A program made the translations under genes and the position numbers. This document shows positions 62,691-64,000 of a stretch of 64,000 nucleotides of DNA, in pieces (positions within the stretch are counted from its first letter, which is position 1; the number at the start of each line of letters is the position of its first letter). The stretch is from Felis catus (Eukaryota). The stretch lies in contig NC_058368.1 of NCBI RefSeq assembly GCF_018350175.1, positions 65,784,001 through 65,848,000 of the forward strand, written 5' to 3'. The notes beneath the pieces were generated by a model that saw nothing but the letters and a program-made list of their open reading frames with translations, did no database searches and was not told where the DNA came from.

Positions 62691-64000
62691 AGAGCCCAAG
62701 CTCACTCTACAAGATGTCTTCATATTCACGATTCTGTATCATATACTGTGTGGGCACTGAGCAGGGTATCTAGATTTCTGAGGCATCGTGCCTGCCTTAA
62801 AGAAATCACTATCTAGTGAGAAATTCAACTTGCATACACTTCACCCTGTATTCACTGAACACACCTATGTTGTGGCCAATGGCCTGGGTGCTGTGGTTCC
62901 TCAGGGAGCAAGAAGGACTAGGTCCTGCAACTCGTAGAACTTAACATTTCTGATTCCTTCATTTCTTGTCCCTTCATATGATTTCTAATTCACATTGACT
63001 ATGATGACTGCTGCATCAAGTAATGTTGGCTCTGTCCCTCAAGAATGTATTTATTATATCTTGACAGCAAAGATGTTAGAAAGGCATCTCTTACTAAAGA
63101 GGGCGAATGAACTCTGACAAAATAACTTGCAGTAAGATTGTCTATGAATATACATTTACATTAATTGCATATTCCTTTAAAAAGAAATGCCTCTCAGAGA
63201 ATGTGTCATTGCTGTATTTGATAAATTTATTGTGGAATTAGACCAGAAGGACTTAAGGTTGTTCATCATGGACAAAACTGAATGCAGAGCGAACGTGTCC
63301 TGTCAGCTTGTATTAAAATGGAGAGAGATCTAACCAAGGCTTTTCTCAATGACTAAACTGAACGTATTTGAGAAAACAACATTGCTGGGGCAGAAGAATT
63401 CCTGTCTTCACTGTGATCTCTGGGTCATCTCAAACAGCTTCCTAAAGAGAAAGTGGAATTGCCCTTTGAGTAGAGATGGGTGTCATCACGAATCTGTAGG
63501 TCGAACGAAGTGGGTGACTGAGAGCAGGTGTAGGGAGGGTGATGTGTAACTCTGTGCTTGTCAGGAAAGCATTTATGCTGAACTGGAATCCTATAAACCT
63601 CCTTGAGAACATGGCCTATAAAACTGATTATGTTCGTGCAAAGTATTCCATCCTAAGCAGTGTGTATGGAATATGTTTTGTTAAAATAAAGGAAATTGAA
63701 TTCAAAGTGTGCAGTAAAAATTATCCCATCGGCATGAACATCAACCTCGAAATTGGATTCAGTCATTTCCCATATTTCCTTTTTTAACATTTCCCAATAT
63801 TATGGAACATTTCTCCCATTCATGAATCTGTCTGCCAGTGCTATAAGTTTGTATTATTTTAAACCTTTTCAAGTTATTTATCCAATAGGGTAGGCTAAAG
63901 ATACGTTAGATGGTAAAGTTGCATGGATTATAAACACTGGTGTTAAATTTACCTCAAGCCAGAGCATAGAAATTCAGAATGACAAAATTATCGTTTTTAA

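Noticed and set aside
1..64000. CRISPR array, operon-like or other prokaryote-type system
   Set aside because: The sequence is eukaryotic and repeat-rich, with no regularly spaced repeat-spacer array and no dense long ORFs.

Overview
This is AT-rich mammalian genomic DNA, almost certainly from a felid (cat family). The evidence is about 22 carnivore tRNA-derived Can-SINEs, several of them young SINEC_Fc-type copies. The window reads as intronic or intergenic sequence built from layered transposon fossils (Can-SINE, L1, L2, MIR, CR1/L3, hAT-Charlie MERs, MaLR and ERV LTRs), microsatellites and unique non-coding DNA. I recognise no protein-coding gene, RNA gene or CRISPR-like array; the ORF-track entries are explained by SINEs, microsatellites or chance. 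I cannot support a genuinely new biological system here. The observations most worth follow-up are: (i) short candidate exons with consensus splice sites on both strands and a candidate TATA/Kozak first exon near 15.0 kb; (ii) a CpG-retaining CRE/AP-1/ETS cluster at about 33.9-35.1 kb; (iii) a perfect 12-bp palindrome with three AGGGGTCAT half-sites at 44.6 kb; (iv) an antisense SINE-in-SINE insertion; (v) one old and one recent local duplication; (vi) a ~660-bp compound GATA/ATAGAT repeat with an internal inversion and a 200-bp higher-order period. Repeat family names come from my recall of consensus sequences, not from a search. Boundaries of old repeats are approximate.
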